Sequence record: OM362897.1
Direction: 5' to 3' (one strand)
Source: Escherichia phage SKA64
DNA length: 64,000 nt
Positions 42,884 through 52,182 of the stretch are shown piece after piece. The notes beneath the pieces are model-generated. The model ran no database searches. It worked only from the letters and a program-made list of their open reading frames with translations, and had not been told where the DNA came from. How positions within the stretch are numbered: the stretch's first letter is position 1; every line of letters starts with the position of its first letter. The position numbers and the translations under genes are program-made.

Positions 42884-43094
42884 TTTTCATACTCTCCAAA
42901 ATTTCACGTTGCCCTTGCTGATAGGCTTTCATCAGAACTACTTTAAGGTTTGTCTCCAAGAGGTCTTCATTGTAATTATACCGCTCCACAACATATGTCA
43001 ATTCATCATAAAGATCAAGAACGGGGTAGAATACAGGGTTATCTGCTAAACGTGCCATAGTTTCTCCTTTGTTAATCCATCCACCAGTAGCCAT
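42870..43094 (-). CDS. hypothetical protein
   Basis: ORF track. Confidence 0.5.
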   Translation of the reverse strand: MATGGWINKGETMARLADNPVFYPVLDLYDELTYVVERYNYNEDLLETNLKVVLMKAYQQGQREILESMKNANN

Positions 43095-43437
43095 AAACTG
43101 CGTCTGCGTCGATGAGTTTGTGTTTGTTGTTCCGCATGTAGTCTAAGATAAGTAGACGTTTATTGTATCTGGAGAGATTATGACCCTCTTTTCCGCCATA
43201 GTCAAAATATTTTGCAAGATCTTTGCACTCAAACAAAATTAGTTCGGGAGTTTCTTCACACTGGTCTGTCTGGTACACTTGACGAATGATCATGTATACA
43301 TCATCGTCTTCCGCTAAATGCTCTACTGGTCCACATCCAGCAGGAACAAATTCATAGTCCCATCTGATCAGATGTTTCTCTACTGCTTCAAAGAAGTCCA
43401 TTCTTTCGTTGCGCATAATTTGAACGTCAACTAACAT
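43072..43437 (-). CDS. hypothetical protein
   Basis: ORF track. Confidence 0.5.
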   Translation of the reverse strand: MLVDVQIMRNERMDFFEAVEKHLIRWDYEFVPAGCGPVEHLAEDDDVYMIIRQVYQTDQCEETPELILFECKDLAKYFDYGGKEGHNLSRYNKRLLILDYMRNNKHKLIDADAVYGYWWMD

Positions 43438-44411
43438 GTTTCCTCCTGTAATATTCCACCATAAAGTTTATAAATGTTTTGTATTGATGCCATGCAAGAT
43501 AACTCTACTGTTTCTGTGTAGCCATCTGGCATAGCATATTTGCTCACTGCTTCCGTATCAAGAATACGCTTACAACGACTCTCTGCATCTTTGCACTGCT
43601 TAACAGTAGGGAAGTGCCACACTTGGTGTTGTTTCATAGTTAACACATTATGGCTATTTTGTTCTTTAATACGCCTATCGCTATCTTTAGTAATGCCAAA
43701 TTTCAAGGCACAGAGAACACCTTGTTCATCATAGACATAGTTAATGTAACATTGCTGTTGATTTTTGTTAGCACAATGCGGACAACCTTGACCCAGGTTT
43801 AATAAGCTATTAGCACTCCCTATATGCTCCCCGTGATCCTTACACCCATATTTAAACTTCCCTATTGATGAGGGTTTACTGATCCACTCTATCCAGATAT
43901 ATCCTTTACTTTCTAAACCTTTTCTCACTTTGTAGGTGATTTGTTCGTCTGTATAATGATAATTTTTAGAACAACGGCAAGGGAGACTCCCTCTTTTAAG
44001 GTTATTCCCTTGTGCATAAAACCTGCCATCACAGACGTGAGCTTGCACATATTCATCATGGGAACATTTAGGACATTCAACCATCCAGATAATACTCTTC
44101 CCTTTACGTTTGCCTGTATTGGTGAAGATAGTTCCAGGCTTAAACTTCCCTGTACTTATGAAATTTTGTATGTGCTGATTGTCTGGAATAGCTTTTGCTT
44201 TACTTATTTTATCATACACACAGGTAGGGCAACCAGTACCCCGTTTAAAGTTATAAAAACAGCATGTATTCCATTCATGACCATGACTACAACGTAGGAT
44301 CATCTTCGTATGCGCACCTTTAAACGGCTCTACGATACCTATAATGGTAATCCCCTTAGTTTCCGCTATTGGTTTACATTCTTCCATGTACTGTTCTAAC
44401 GTCTTTGCCAT
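43431..44411 (-). CDS. multi-zinc-ribbon protein
   Basis: three C-x-H/C...C-x2-C modules (CSHGHEW...CPTC; CPKCSHDEY; CKDHGEH...CPHCANKN). Confidence 0.55.
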   Translation of the reverse strand: MAKTLEQYMEECKPIAETKGITIIGIVEPFKGAHTKMILRCSHGHEWNTCCFYNFKRGTGCPTCVYDKISKAKAIPDNQHIQNFISTGKFKPGTIFTNTGKRKGKSIIWMVECPKCSHDEYVQAHVCDGRFYAQGNNLKRGSLPCRCSKNYHYTDEQITYKVRKGLESKGYIWIEWISKPSSIGKFKYGCKDHGEHIGSANSLLNLGQGCPHCANKNQQQCYINYVYDEQGVLCALKFGITKDSDRRIKEQNSHNVLTMKQHQVWHFPTVKQCKDAESRCKRILDTEAVSKYAMPDGYTETVELSCMASIQNIYKLYGGILQEETC

Positions 44412-44439
44412 CTCTAACGATCCTCTCTCTCTATTAAAC

Positions 44440-44475
44440 TAAAATCAATATAACAAAACCCGCCGAAGCGGGTTT
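44440..44475 (-). terminator. rho-independent terminator (minus strand)
   Basis: aaacccgccgaagcgggttt hairpin with U-rich tail on minus strand. Confidence 0.55.
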
Positions 44476-44491
44476 AATAAATCTCAACTTA

Positions 44492-45631
44492 TTAGAACAC
44501 GCTACCTAATGTGGTGGAACGTTGTGTTACAGGCTCCAGCACCACTCGCAGAGTGTTTCCTGGTGTAGTGCTCATCACCAGAATCTTACCACCTTCAATC
44601 AGATCACAAGTTAGACCATCAGCAGTTGCACATAGATCAATATGTGGATCACCATCTTCATCCAGGATAACATAACTGTTGGTTTCCATTGCTTCCACTT
44701 CATCATCTTTCAAACTTTGTAGATAGATGTTCAGGGAACAAGCACCCGACAAAAACTTAGTAGGGGTGAAGTCGTGCCAGTTATTGATCCAATTCACCTT
44801 CAAGGTTTTGCCATTAGCTACGATAGAAGCCACATTCCATTTAGCATCGTTCCCTAAAGAAATACCCATCATTTCAAGACATTCTTTAAAAGTCATTTTT
44901 GGATAGAAATTCAATTCTTCTACAATGCCTTGAATAACATCGAAAGACAACTCTGTGCTAACATCCCATAAACGTTGGAAGTTATCTACGTGCTTTTTAT
45001 TTACCAAGTTCTTATCCAAGTAATCTAACATAGTTTCACTAGACAGTTTATCGTAATTGAAACTGTAGTAGATACGACTAGGACGGTTTACAAAATATTC
45101 CGAGATATAGCCACTATTTTTAGTGAGGATGTAAAGTTTATTTCCACTTCCTGTTCCATCCAACAAGGTCAACAGTGCTTCCTGATCTTCTTTCTTAGCG
45201 TACACTTTATCAAACTCGTCAAATAAAACAACAGCACGATCTGTAATTTTACTCATAAATTCTAAGAATCCAGCGTCTGTGTAAGGCTGTGTCACCAAAA
45301 TGGTTGGAATACCTAAACCTTCTGTGGACATTAGGGACATGCTAATCAGTTTAGCTAACATCGTCTTACCACTGCCCTTTGTCCCTGTCAGTAACACCCC
45401 AGTATTTTTACCTTCTTTACTACGACGAGCAAATGTTTTAATAACATGTGCGGCGCGGTCTTTAGTTTCCCCATAAAGAGTGTTCGGAAGAGAGAAACTT
45501 TCGCCACGCACTAAAGAGTAGTTACCGTGCGGATCGCAGTTGACAACCCAAACTCCAGCAGGAAGTTTATTAGCTTCAACACCATATTCCTTATTTACAA
45601 CAGCCACATCTCCAAAAATAGTGTATTTCAT
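44492..45631 (-). CDS. AAA+ family ATPase
   Basis: Walker A GTKGSGKT, Walker B VVLFDEFD. Confidence 0.7.
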   Translation of the reverse strand: MKYTIFGDVAVVNKEYGVEANKLPAGVWVVNCDPHGNYSLVRGESFSLPNTLYGETKDRAAHVIKTFARRSKEGKNTGVLLTGTKGSGKTMLAKLISMSLMSTEGLGIPTILVTQPYTDAGFLEFMSKITDRAVVLFDEFDKVYAKKEDQEALLTLLDGTGSGNKLYILTKNSGYISEYFVNRPSRIYYSFNYDKLSSETMLDYLDKNLVNKKHVDNFQRLWDVSTELSFDVIQGIVEELNFYPKMTFKECLEMMGISLGNDAKWNVASIVANGKTLKVNWINNWHDFTPTKFLSGACSLNIYLQSLKDDEVEAMETNSYVILDEDGDPHIDLCATADGLTCDLIEGGKILVMSTTPGNTLRVVLEPVTQRSTTLGSVF

Positions 45632-45987
45632 TAGAACGTTTCTCCTTTTAAAATAATTACTGTAAACTTTGCAGTTTTTTCACTCTTAATATTCTTGATT
45701 AATAAGTACTCTCCTCCAGGTGCATCTTTGTATTGTTTAATAGCTACTATTTCATTTTTGCAAGTAGCTATAATCGAATAAAAAGGACGTTCCGTGTTAT
45801 CTTCTTTTCCTGTATATGCCTCAACATCTTTGCACTCTTCTAGAACACCATTCCCAGGTGTATAGTAAAACTTGTTGCCTGTGATCACAACATCTTTACC
45901 AATATCCGTTTTAACTGCTACAAATTTTTGAGCATAAGTGGTGAAGCTTACGGTAGCCAGCAATGTGGCTAAGATTAATTTTTTCAT
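45631..45987 (-). CDS. secreted protein with Sec signal peptide
   Basis: internal ATG (MKKLILATLLATVSFTTYA-QK) after AGGAGGGAAG. Confidence 0.55.
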   Translation of the reverse strand: MKKLILATLLATVSFTTYAQKFVAVKTDIGKDVVITGNKFYYTPGNGVLEECKDVEAYTGKEDNTERPFYSIIATCKNEIVAIKQYKDAPGGEYLLIKNIKSEKTAKFTVIILKGETF

Positions 45988-45998
45988 AAACTTCCCTC

Positions 45999-46163
45999 CT
46001 ATTCCCACAACATACAAATCGCAGCGACAAACATATTAGCAATAGCCGCACCAAGAACTATAAACATCGCCAGTTCAGAACAATATTCACCAACCAGAGG
46101 GGATACTATTGCACAGAGTAATCCCAATGTCAAACACAAGTTGATGATGAAGTTTAAAATCAT
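45999..46163 (-). CDS. 54 aa membrane protein (not in ORF track)
   Basis: ATG after TAAGGAGAGAAT; MILNFIINLCLTLGLLCAIVSPLVGEYCSELAMFIVLGAAIANMFVAAICMLWE. Confidence 0.4.
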   Translation of the reverse strand: MILNFIINLCLTLGLLCAIVSPLVGEYCSELAMFIVLGAAIANMFVAAICMLWE

Positions 46164-46172
46164 ATTCTCTCC

Positions 46173-46364
46173 TTACAACCAACCTTTTGCCTGATAGCCT
46201 TTAGAAAATCCATCTTCCCATTCTTCGAATTCCTTTTTGTGTGTCATTGGACAATATGGATTTACTTTATTAAACATACCAAACTTGAACCCTGCGGTAT
46301 ACCCCTTCTTAAAAGCTATTGATTCTAAAGAGATCATATTCTTTCTCCTCTTAGAACTCGACAA
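46173..46364 (-). CDS. hypothetical protein
   Basis: ORF track; GAGGAGAAAG RBS. Confidence 0.5.
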   Translation of the reverse strand: MSSSKRRKNMISLESIAFKKGYTAGFKFGMFNKVNPYCPMTHKKEFEEWEDGFSKGYQAKGWL

Positions 46365-46602
46365 TGATTTTGTCTAAGTGTTCTGCTTCAACTTGGGATA
46401 ATGTTAACACCTGCACCAAACCTCTGTCAATACCAATTTTAATGACTTGCAAATAATTACCAAAAAGATCTGATAAAGAAATAGCATGTTCCGTAACTAC
46501 AATAACTTCATTACCTTTAGTGTATTCTTTCCACACCCGACCACATTTATAAATGTAATCTTTTTGATCTTCAGTAATCATTTTAGGTTTGATACTTAAC
46601 AT
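46351..46602 (-). CDS. hypothetical protein
   Basis: ORF track. Confidence 0.5.
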   Translation of the reverse strand: MLSIKPKMITEDQKDYIYKCGRVWKEYTKGNEVIVVTEHAISLSDLFGNYLQVIKIGIDRGLVQVLTLSQVEAEHLDKIIVEF

Positions 46603-46958
46603 TACATACTCCCGTATTCTGGTTCAATATTATGTTTACGACAAATGGTATCCCAACGTTCATTACCAAAACTTCTTCCATGTAGAGCGTTAAATGCGAA
46701 ATGCTCTGCCAACCACAATACTACATCATCAGGATCTGTGTCAAGAGGAATTCTAAACTCTCGATCATAACGCATACGCAGAATAAAATCCTTATCATCT
46801 TCAAGGAGATACATGTGACTTTTAGCCCGTGATGCCAAATCAAAGAAAGGAGGCTCATCTTTCCAAATGTGACGCTCAACTTCAACACCATGATCAACTA
46901 CCAGAGTAGCGATCACCTCTCTCATTTCTTTACTAAACATATTACCTCCATTAACCAA
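46602..46958 (-). CDS. hypothetical protein
   Basis: ORF track; GGAGG RBS. Confidence 0.5.
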   Translation of the reverse strand: MVNGGNMFSKEMREVIATLVVDHGVEVERHIWKDEPPFFDLASRAKSHMYLLEDDKDFILRMRYDREFRIPLDTDPDDVVLWLAEHFAFNALHGRSFGNERWDTICRKHNIEPEYGSM

Positions 46959-47139
46959 TTAGTTCAACCGATTTGCAAATGTAAATCCAAACTGGAGTGA
47001 GCATAAGAGCTATACCGAATACACAATTCCACTTAATTCCCATTTCCTCTATTAGAGACATGATTAAGCCAACAGCACTAATAATCAGATAGATCCCTAA
47101 GAAAGCCATTGTGAAGAATTCAGACATATTTAGCTCCAA
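46951..47139 (-). CDS. small membrane protein
   Basis: ORF track; two hydrophobic helices. Confidence 0.5.
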   Translation of the reverse strand: MELNMSEFFTMAFLGIYLIISAVGLIMSLIEEMGIKWNCVFGIALMLTPVWIYICKSVELIG

Positions 47140-47486
47140 AGATTATCAAAATAACTAGCGAATAAAAGACGGCCCTCTAATCGTGCCTTCCTTTGATCTT
47201 CAGCATACACGATTTCTGGATTACCACTATCAATAAAAGCATTCTCCATCTTTTCTAAAATATTTAACCACTCTCTTCTACCTGTCTCCTCTTCTTCATC
47301 TGTATACGGCGCACTTCTATTTGGATACAAAACACGCATCAGTTTAGTGGGGATCATGACAAACGTGCTATTGTTTGCCTTCTCACGGAAGGCTTTAATT
47401 CCTGCATAGATTACCTTCCCCAAAGCTGCATCCAAATCCATCAGGTCACTTTCTTCTATTTGAATTTCATCGTGTACAATTTTCAT
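47130..47486 (-). CDS. hypothetical protein
   Basis: ORF track. Confidence 0.5.
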   Translation of the reverse strand: MKIVHDEIQIEESDLMDLDAALGKVIYAGIKAFREKANNSTFVMIPTKLMRVLYPNRSAPYTDEEEETGRREWLNILEKMENAFIDSGNPEIVYAEDQRKARLEGRLLFASYFDNLWS

Positions 47487-47869
47487 CGTGCCTTCTCCCG
47501 ATCTGCATCTAATTTCAACAAGAAAGCTGTATACTCTTCCGAACCTTGGTGTAAAAACATGCGATAAGAGCTTACCAGTTTCTTGGTCGTTGTATAACGT
47601 TCCATTTCCCCAACAACACCTCCACCTAGTGTGTAGAGCACAATACCTTCAACTCCAACATGGGTTACTACTTCAACCAAGTCTGTGTTATCCCAATGAT
47701 AGTTAGGTGACACAATAAGATCGCCAACTGCCAGTTTAATGTTTGCTACTTCATTTTGTGAATAATACATTTGGTCCTCCTCTCTTAATTGATGGAAGTA
47801 GTATACCTTACCACATAATCTCGCGCAACTCTTTTTCTTCTTTAAAATTACGTAAGTTTTCCAGTGCAC
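47483..47869 (-). CDS. hypothetical protein
   Basis: ORF track. Confidence 0.5.
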   Translation of the reverse strand: MHWKTYVILKKKKSCARLCGKVYYFHQLREEDQMYYSQNEVANIKLAVGDLIVSPNYHWDNTDLVEVVTHVGVEGIVLYTLGGGVVGEMERYTTTKKLVSSYRMFLHQGSEEYTAFLLKLDADREKAR

Positions 47870-48299
47870 GATTTAGGTCTTCTTCCGTCTCTGCTTTCTG
47901 GACTTTTTCCATCATTTTCGCAACAATATTTTTCTTAACTTGCAAATCTGGAACAGGTATACGTTTTTCCATTTCATAAGCTTCTCGTTTATGACGTTCC
48001 TCCATCTCTGCTTTTTCTTTCACCCAATCCGCCTCGTCCATTGCACCTTTGCAGACACAAGTGTAACCTTTAATAGTATAATCACCATGTTCAATACCAG
48101 GTTGAAGAGCTAAGGCTTCATTACCACAATACGCGCACAACGGACGACCTGGCATTTTCAAAGTTTTGGTAGCCTTAGCGCCACATTGACTATCCCAGCT
48201 TGTTTTATAACTGGAACCGTTGTCTCCGTGAGAACGACCAACCAAGAAGTTACGGAAGAAACCCATAGCACGTTCGTCAATGTAATCAGGGTAAGCCAT
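47808..48299 (-). CDS. hypothetical Cys-containing protein
   Basis: ORF track; CAYCGN...CVCKG. Confidence 0.5.
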   Translation of the reverse strand: MAYPDYIDERAMGFFRNFLVGRSHGDNGSSYKTSWDSQCGAKATKTLKMPGRPLCAYCGNEALALQPGIEHGDYTIKGYTCVCKGAMDEADWVKEKAEMEERHKREAYEMEKRIPVPDLQVKKNIVAKMMEKVQKAETEEDLNRALENLRNFKEEKELREIMW

Positions 48300-48311
48300 T
48301 ATATTCTCCTT

Positions 48312-48605
48312 TCACATTAAGACACGTTTTGTGTCGATGGGTGCATTATCAAACATGTTAAGAACATTGTCAAGCAGTTTTACTAATTCATTTGTAATTT
48401 GTTCTTTTGAACGGGAGGAAGTGAGCACTTTGCTTTCACCAACGATATGCATAACTTTTATAGGAGCGTCTAAAATGATGTTGTGTTGACGATCCTCTTC
48501 AAAAGAAGCCAACCATTTCTCATTGTTACCGTGCAAGGCTACAATCACACCAAAACCGTTAATTGTTTCAGAAATATTCTTAGTTGCTAAAGTAATGTTC
48601 ATCAT
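48312..48605 (-). CDS. hypothetical protein
   Basis: ORF track; first gene of - block after divergent region. Confidence 0.5.
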   Translation of the reverse strand: MMNITLATKNISETINGFGVIVALHGNNEKWLASFEEDRQHNIILDAPIKVMHIVGESKVLTSSRSKEQITNELVKLLDNVLNMFDNAPIDTKRVLM

Positions 48606-48661
48606 CTACCTCTCTTGTTAATGTTCATACATGATACCTGAAAATAATTTCAGATCAAGTG

Positions 48662-48689
48662 TTGACATGCTTTTTAGTCCTGTTAAGAT
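48662..48689 (+). promoter_or_regulatory. sigma70-like promoter in divergent region
   Basis: TTGACA, 16 bp, TAAGAT, about 30 nt upstream of ATG 48720. Confidence 0.5.
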
Positions 48690-48719
48690 CAACTCATACA
48701 AAACGAGAGGAGAAAACAA

Positions 48720-49148
48720 ATGCAAAACATGACTTGGACCGAAGCTAAAGAAGCGATGCAGAATGGCAAACGTGTGAAGCACGAATACTTCTGTAGTGAT
48801 GAGTGGTTTGAGATGCAATACGGTGTTATTCTGGATGAGCATGGCTACAATATGTCAAACTGGTTCCGAGGGGAAGCTTGGCAAGAACAGGGTTGGTTTG
48901 TAATTGAAAAAGAAGACAGTAAGGAAGAAGGCGTGTTGTCTAATGTAGAACGCGAGATGAGGGAAACAAAGATACCTGCTTTGGATTTTGTATACCTGGA
49001 AGAACTTGTGGCAGCATCTTTTGTAGCAGGAAACCTTTGGAATACACCTGTTAGCCGACTGGAGAACCAAAATAACCCGTCTGCTCGTAATCACAAGCTT
49101 TATAAGGGTAAAGGTCACAACAAATTAAAGAAAGGAAAGAAGAAATGA
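48720..49148 (+). CDS. hypothetical protein
   Basis: ORF track; GAGAGGAGAAAAC RBS. Confidence 0.55.
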   Translation: MQNMTWTEAKEAMQNGKRVKHEYFCSDEWFEMQYGVILDEHGYNMSNWFRGEAWQEQGWFVIEKEDSKEEGVLSNVEREMRETKIPALDFVYLEELVAASFVAGNLWNTPVSRLENQNNPSARNHKLYKGKGHNKLKKGKKK

Positions 49149-49294
49149 TCTACAAAAACAAGTTCACTGGTTGTCTCCGTAAATTTATCGATAAGAAAGG
49201 GTTTGTTTCTCTTGACAAGGGTGTTACGTGGGTGCAAAATGGCACTTCAGAACAACTGATCAAGGCTTTACCTTACTATGAGGAGGTTTTATGA
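49145..49294 (+). CDS. 49 aa small protein (not in ORF track)
   Basis: ATGA overlaps on both ends; MIYKNKFTGCLRKFIDKKGFVSLDKG... Confidence 0.4.
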   Translation: MIYKNKFTGCLRKFIDKKGFVSLDKGVTWVQNGTSEQLIKALPYYEEVL

Positions 49295-49551
49295 CACTTT
49301 ATCACGTAACTACAGAAGGCGACTGTGAAGGCCGCACTACAAAAGATTTGGGGTATGTTGAAGCAGATTCACCTGAACATGCTATCAAATACCTGCATTC
49401 CATCGGGAAGTATGCGGGTTATGAGTATACTATCTACGAGGTTGAAATTATTAACCTTATACAAGTGGCAACTCCTATGGCAGAGTTGAAACATCTTAAG
49501 GCAAAAGTAAGACCTGGTGTAGTGTCCGATTACAAAGGGGAAGTAAAGTGA
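49291..49551 (+). CDS. hypothetical protein
   Basis: ORF track; GAGGAGG RBS. Confidence 0.5.
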   Translation: MTLYHVTTEGDCEGRTTKDLGYVEADSPEHAIKYLHSIGKYAGYEYTIYEVEIINLIQVATPMAELKHLKAKVRPGVVSDYKGEVK

Positions 49552-49760
49552 GTGGATGGATTAAAGTATCTGGTACCGAGAATGTTCCTATCGGAGAGTG
49601 GCTTGTAATCATGGCAAACGGCAAGAAGGGATTCTGTGAAGTTAACAAAACACGCAATGGCACGATAGCTGTTATCAATGGTCATTTTTATTTTGACTTG
49701 GCACCTGTGATCGCATACCATGCACTACCAACATATGAAGAGGAGATTAACAATGGCTAA
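49548..49760 (+). CDS. hypothetical protein
   Basis: ORF track. Confidence 0.5.
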   Translation: MSGWIKVSGTENVPIGEWLVIMANGKKGFCEVNKTRNGTIAVINGHFYFDLAPVIAYHALPTYEEEINNG

Positions 49761-50076
49761 CAAAGAACCACACGTATATACTGCACTGGTAAAGCACTTG
49801 AACAAAGAACGTAACAGGATCATTGCAGATTATCGTAAATTTAAACGTAGTAGTCTAAATCGTAAATACATGCCACATGCAGCTTTTGACGCTACACGTG
49901 CAGTATTTCGTGCAAAGATTGCGGAAATGGATAATCTGCTTAAGCTTGCACGATTATCTATTCAGGCATCCAAAGTAACAGGGGTCACTCACTTCTTTGA
50001 CTTCGATACTAAAGCACTATATGCACCAGAAGCAGGTGAACAATTGATTTATCTACTTACCAAAAATAAGTGTTGA
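49753..50076 (+). CDS. hypothetical basic protein
   Basis: ATG 49753 after AGGAG preferred over track start 49720. Confidence 0.5.
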   Translation: MANKEPHVYTALVKHLNKERNRIIADYRKFKRSSLNRKYMPHAAFDATRAVFRAKIAEMDNLLKLARLSIQASKVTGVTHFFDFDTKALYAPEAGEQLIYLLTKNKC

Positions 50077-50138
50077 CTTTTTTCAAAAAATATGCTACCC
50101 TAACCCCGAAGGGTCGAGCGATAGCGAGTATAGATTAT
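50073..50138 (+). repeat. conserved about 65 bp element, copy 2
   Basis: TTGACTTTTTTCAAAAAATATGCTACCCTAAC, 12 nt variable (ccccgaagggtc hairpin), GAGCGATAGCGAGTA; same spacing as copy 1. Confidence 0.45.
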
Positions 50139-50245
50139 GTAATAGATTAATCTCTATCGTTAGATGTTCGAAGAATAGAGATTTAAGTACTTGTTCTTAT
50201 CGGTAGATGATCGTAAGATCAAGAACAATAATAGGAGAGTATGTT

Positions 50246-50443
50246 ATGTTAGTCAGTGAAATACTACCTGACTCTAATGGTAATCAGATCACTGTTGATT
50301 GGTTTCCTGGTACTGGTACACTAGATCTAACTGCTGAATGGTCTGGTGATATTTATGGAGAAGGTGTATTATCATTGTCTACAGAACAAATGATCATCCT
50401 TCGTGACTTCTTAATTAGTTTAGATCTAGGAGAAAACAAATGA
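50246..50443 (+). CDS. hypothetical protein
   Basis: ATG 50246 after AGGAGAG preferred over track start 50207. Confidence 0.5.
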   Translation: MLVSEILPDSNGNQITVDWFPGTGTLDLTAEWSGDIYGEGVLSLSTEQMIILRDFLISLDLGENK

Positions 50444-50709
50444 GTAAAACTTCTGTTGAGTTTATCGAGAAATCCCCTGTTCCAAAGTTATACCGTTTAT
50501 CTGAAATTGAACCTATGTCTGTTTTCTACTACTACGATTCAGAAGTAAGTGAACAAGAACGGGACTACTACTTAGCTACAGATACAGGTGCAGTGTGCTT
50601 AACAGGTTCTCGTGCAGGAGAATACATTGTGACTAGTCGTTTTAATGAAGCAGATTACTGTTGGGCTAAGGTTGAAACTAAGATTGTCATCAACATCACT
50701 AATCATTAA
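50440..50709 (+). CDS. hypothetical protein
   Basis: ORF track; ATGA overlap. Confidence 0.5.
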   Translation: MSKTSVEFIEKSPVPKLYRLSEIEPMSVFYYYDSEVSEQERDYYLATDTGAVCLTGSRAGEYIVTSRFNEADYCWAKVETKIVINITNH

Positions 50710-50791
50710 GACTAATCTGACAAAGAGTTACTTGACATGTGCAAAGCTCTTTGTGTAGAATAAAGATTCACTTACTAAGGAGATTTTATAA

Positions 50792-50989
50792 ATGGCTACA
50801 AAGAAACAGAAAATGAAATGTCTTACTCTCACTGAACTGGGTCAAGCTTCCAACTGCGTTACTGTTGGTAAGATTTATTCTACAGTTCTTGATAAAGACA
50901 ACAACAGTTTTACTTTCAAAGATGATAACGGAAACCCTCAAGTTGGAATCTACCCTTCCTGTGCTTTTGGTACTTGGGAAAAAGTGTAA
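50792..50989 (+). CDS. hypothetical protein
   Basis: ORF track; AAGGAGAT RBS. Confidence 0.5.
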   Translation: MATKKQKMKCLTLTELGQASNCVTVGKIYSTVLDKDNNSFTFKDDNGNPQVGIYPSCAFGTWEKV

Positions 50990-51032
50990 CTAATTAGAGG
51001 GTATACTTGTAAACAAGATTAAGGAGGCATTT

Positions 51033-51206
51033 ATGGGAGATAAACAAAGTAACATCCGTTACGCGCTTTATGGAAGAATGGGTGCAGATTGTGAATGGAT
51101 GCTTCTGTCGCAACGTATACCCTCTTACAAAGAGGCTCTTGAAAAAAGAGACTATTATAAACAAACATGGCGTTTTGTCATTTGTAAACACTATTTGGAG
51201 GCGTGA
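51033..51206 (+). CDS. 57 aa small protein (not in ORF track)
   Basis: ATG after AAGGAGG; MGDKQSNIRYALYGRMGADCEWMLLSQ...; track ORF 51070..51294 is alternate frame. Confidence 0.4.
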   Translation: MGDKQSNIRYALYGRMGADCEWMLLSQRIPSYKEALEKRDYYKQTWRFVICKHYLEA

Positions 51207-51514
51207 TGAGTACATTATCATTAGCAGTTACGGTGCACCAGTATTACGAAGAAGCTGTAAAAGATTCAGAAAACCCATCTACATTAGTATTTGAAGATCG
51301 GACTGGTCTTAAATGGGTAGAATATGGGGATGAACTCTACTTTTGGTATCCACAAGGTTGCACAAGTAATTCTAATTTGTATAGTTATGAACTGGAGTAT
51401 CGTGCGCCTGTAGACGAAGATGACAATTACATCATGTATTATGTTAATAATGGTTGCGGTGAAACGTTTAATGTAGTATTCTCTAAAGCCTTGAAGTCCG
51501 ACGAGGAGATGTAA
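51203..51514 (+). CDS. tandem paralog 1
   Basis: TLSLAV..H..Y...VKD...P...F, YELEYRAPVDEDDNYIMYYV shared with next gene. Confidence 0.5.
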   Translation: MMSTLSLAVTVHQYYEEAVKDSENPSTLVFEDRTGLKWVEYGDELYFWYPQGCTSNSNLYSYELEYRAPVDEDDNYIMYYVNNGCGETFNVVFSKALKSDEEM

Positions 51515-51819
51515 TGCAGCACAATACGACTTTAAGTTTGGCAGTTGCAGCCCACATGCTGTACAATGATTCTGTGAAGGATGAGTTGTCGCCTGTGAGT
51601 TTAGCTTTCTATCTGATAGACAGGGATTGGATGTTCTCTGGTGAGGATGAAATCTACTACGTAAATTCACGCGGTTTTATTGAAAGTTTTGAACTTGAAC
51701 ATCGTGCACCAACAGCAGAAGATGATCGTTTTATTATGTTTTGTGTAAAAGATGGTTACGGAGAGGTATATGACGTAGTATTCTTCAAAAACCGACAGAA
51801 GACTGAAGAGGAATTCTAA
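51514..51819 (+). CDS. tandem paralog 2
   Basis: TLSLAVAAHMLYNDSVKDE, FELEHRAPTAEDDRFIMFCV. Confidence 0.5.
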   Translation: MQHNTTLSLAVAAHMLYNDSVKDELSPVSLAFYLIDRDWMFSGEDEIYYVNSRGFIESFELEHRAPTAEDDRFIMFCVKDGYGEVYDVVFFKNRQKTEEEF

Positions 51820-52182
51820 ATGAAAAGGCTACTTTGTGTCCTGATGTTGATGATTGCCACCAATGCTACAGCCGCCCGTGATGGTTTCAAGATTGGGGTG
51901 GAAGGTAGCCAATTCTTCACTTGGTATGGTGGTGAAGCTGTCTACCAAGTGGATGATAAAAAGTATAACTGCAAGTTTGATCGTATAGATCGTGGAGTGG
52001 ATAATTGGGGTGACGCTTACAAAGCCACAGGTTTCTATTGCACAAAAGATTTATATATTACAGTCAAAGAACCACAAGACAATAGAAAGGTGTTGTTCAT
52101 TGTGGTAAACCCTGCTAAATTTGAAGAACGTAAAGCTTACTATGCAGATATGTTCATTGAATACAAAAAGGAGGAAAAATGA
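51820..52182 (+). CDS. secreted protein with Sec signal peptide
   Basis: MKRLLCVLMLMIATNATA-AR. Confidence 0.55.
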   Translation: MKRLLCVLMLMIATNATAARDGFKIGVEGSQFFTWYGGEAVYQVDDKKYNCKFDRIDRGVDNWGDAYKATGFYCTKDLYITVKEPQDNRKVLFIVVNPAKFEERKAYYADMFIEYKKEEK

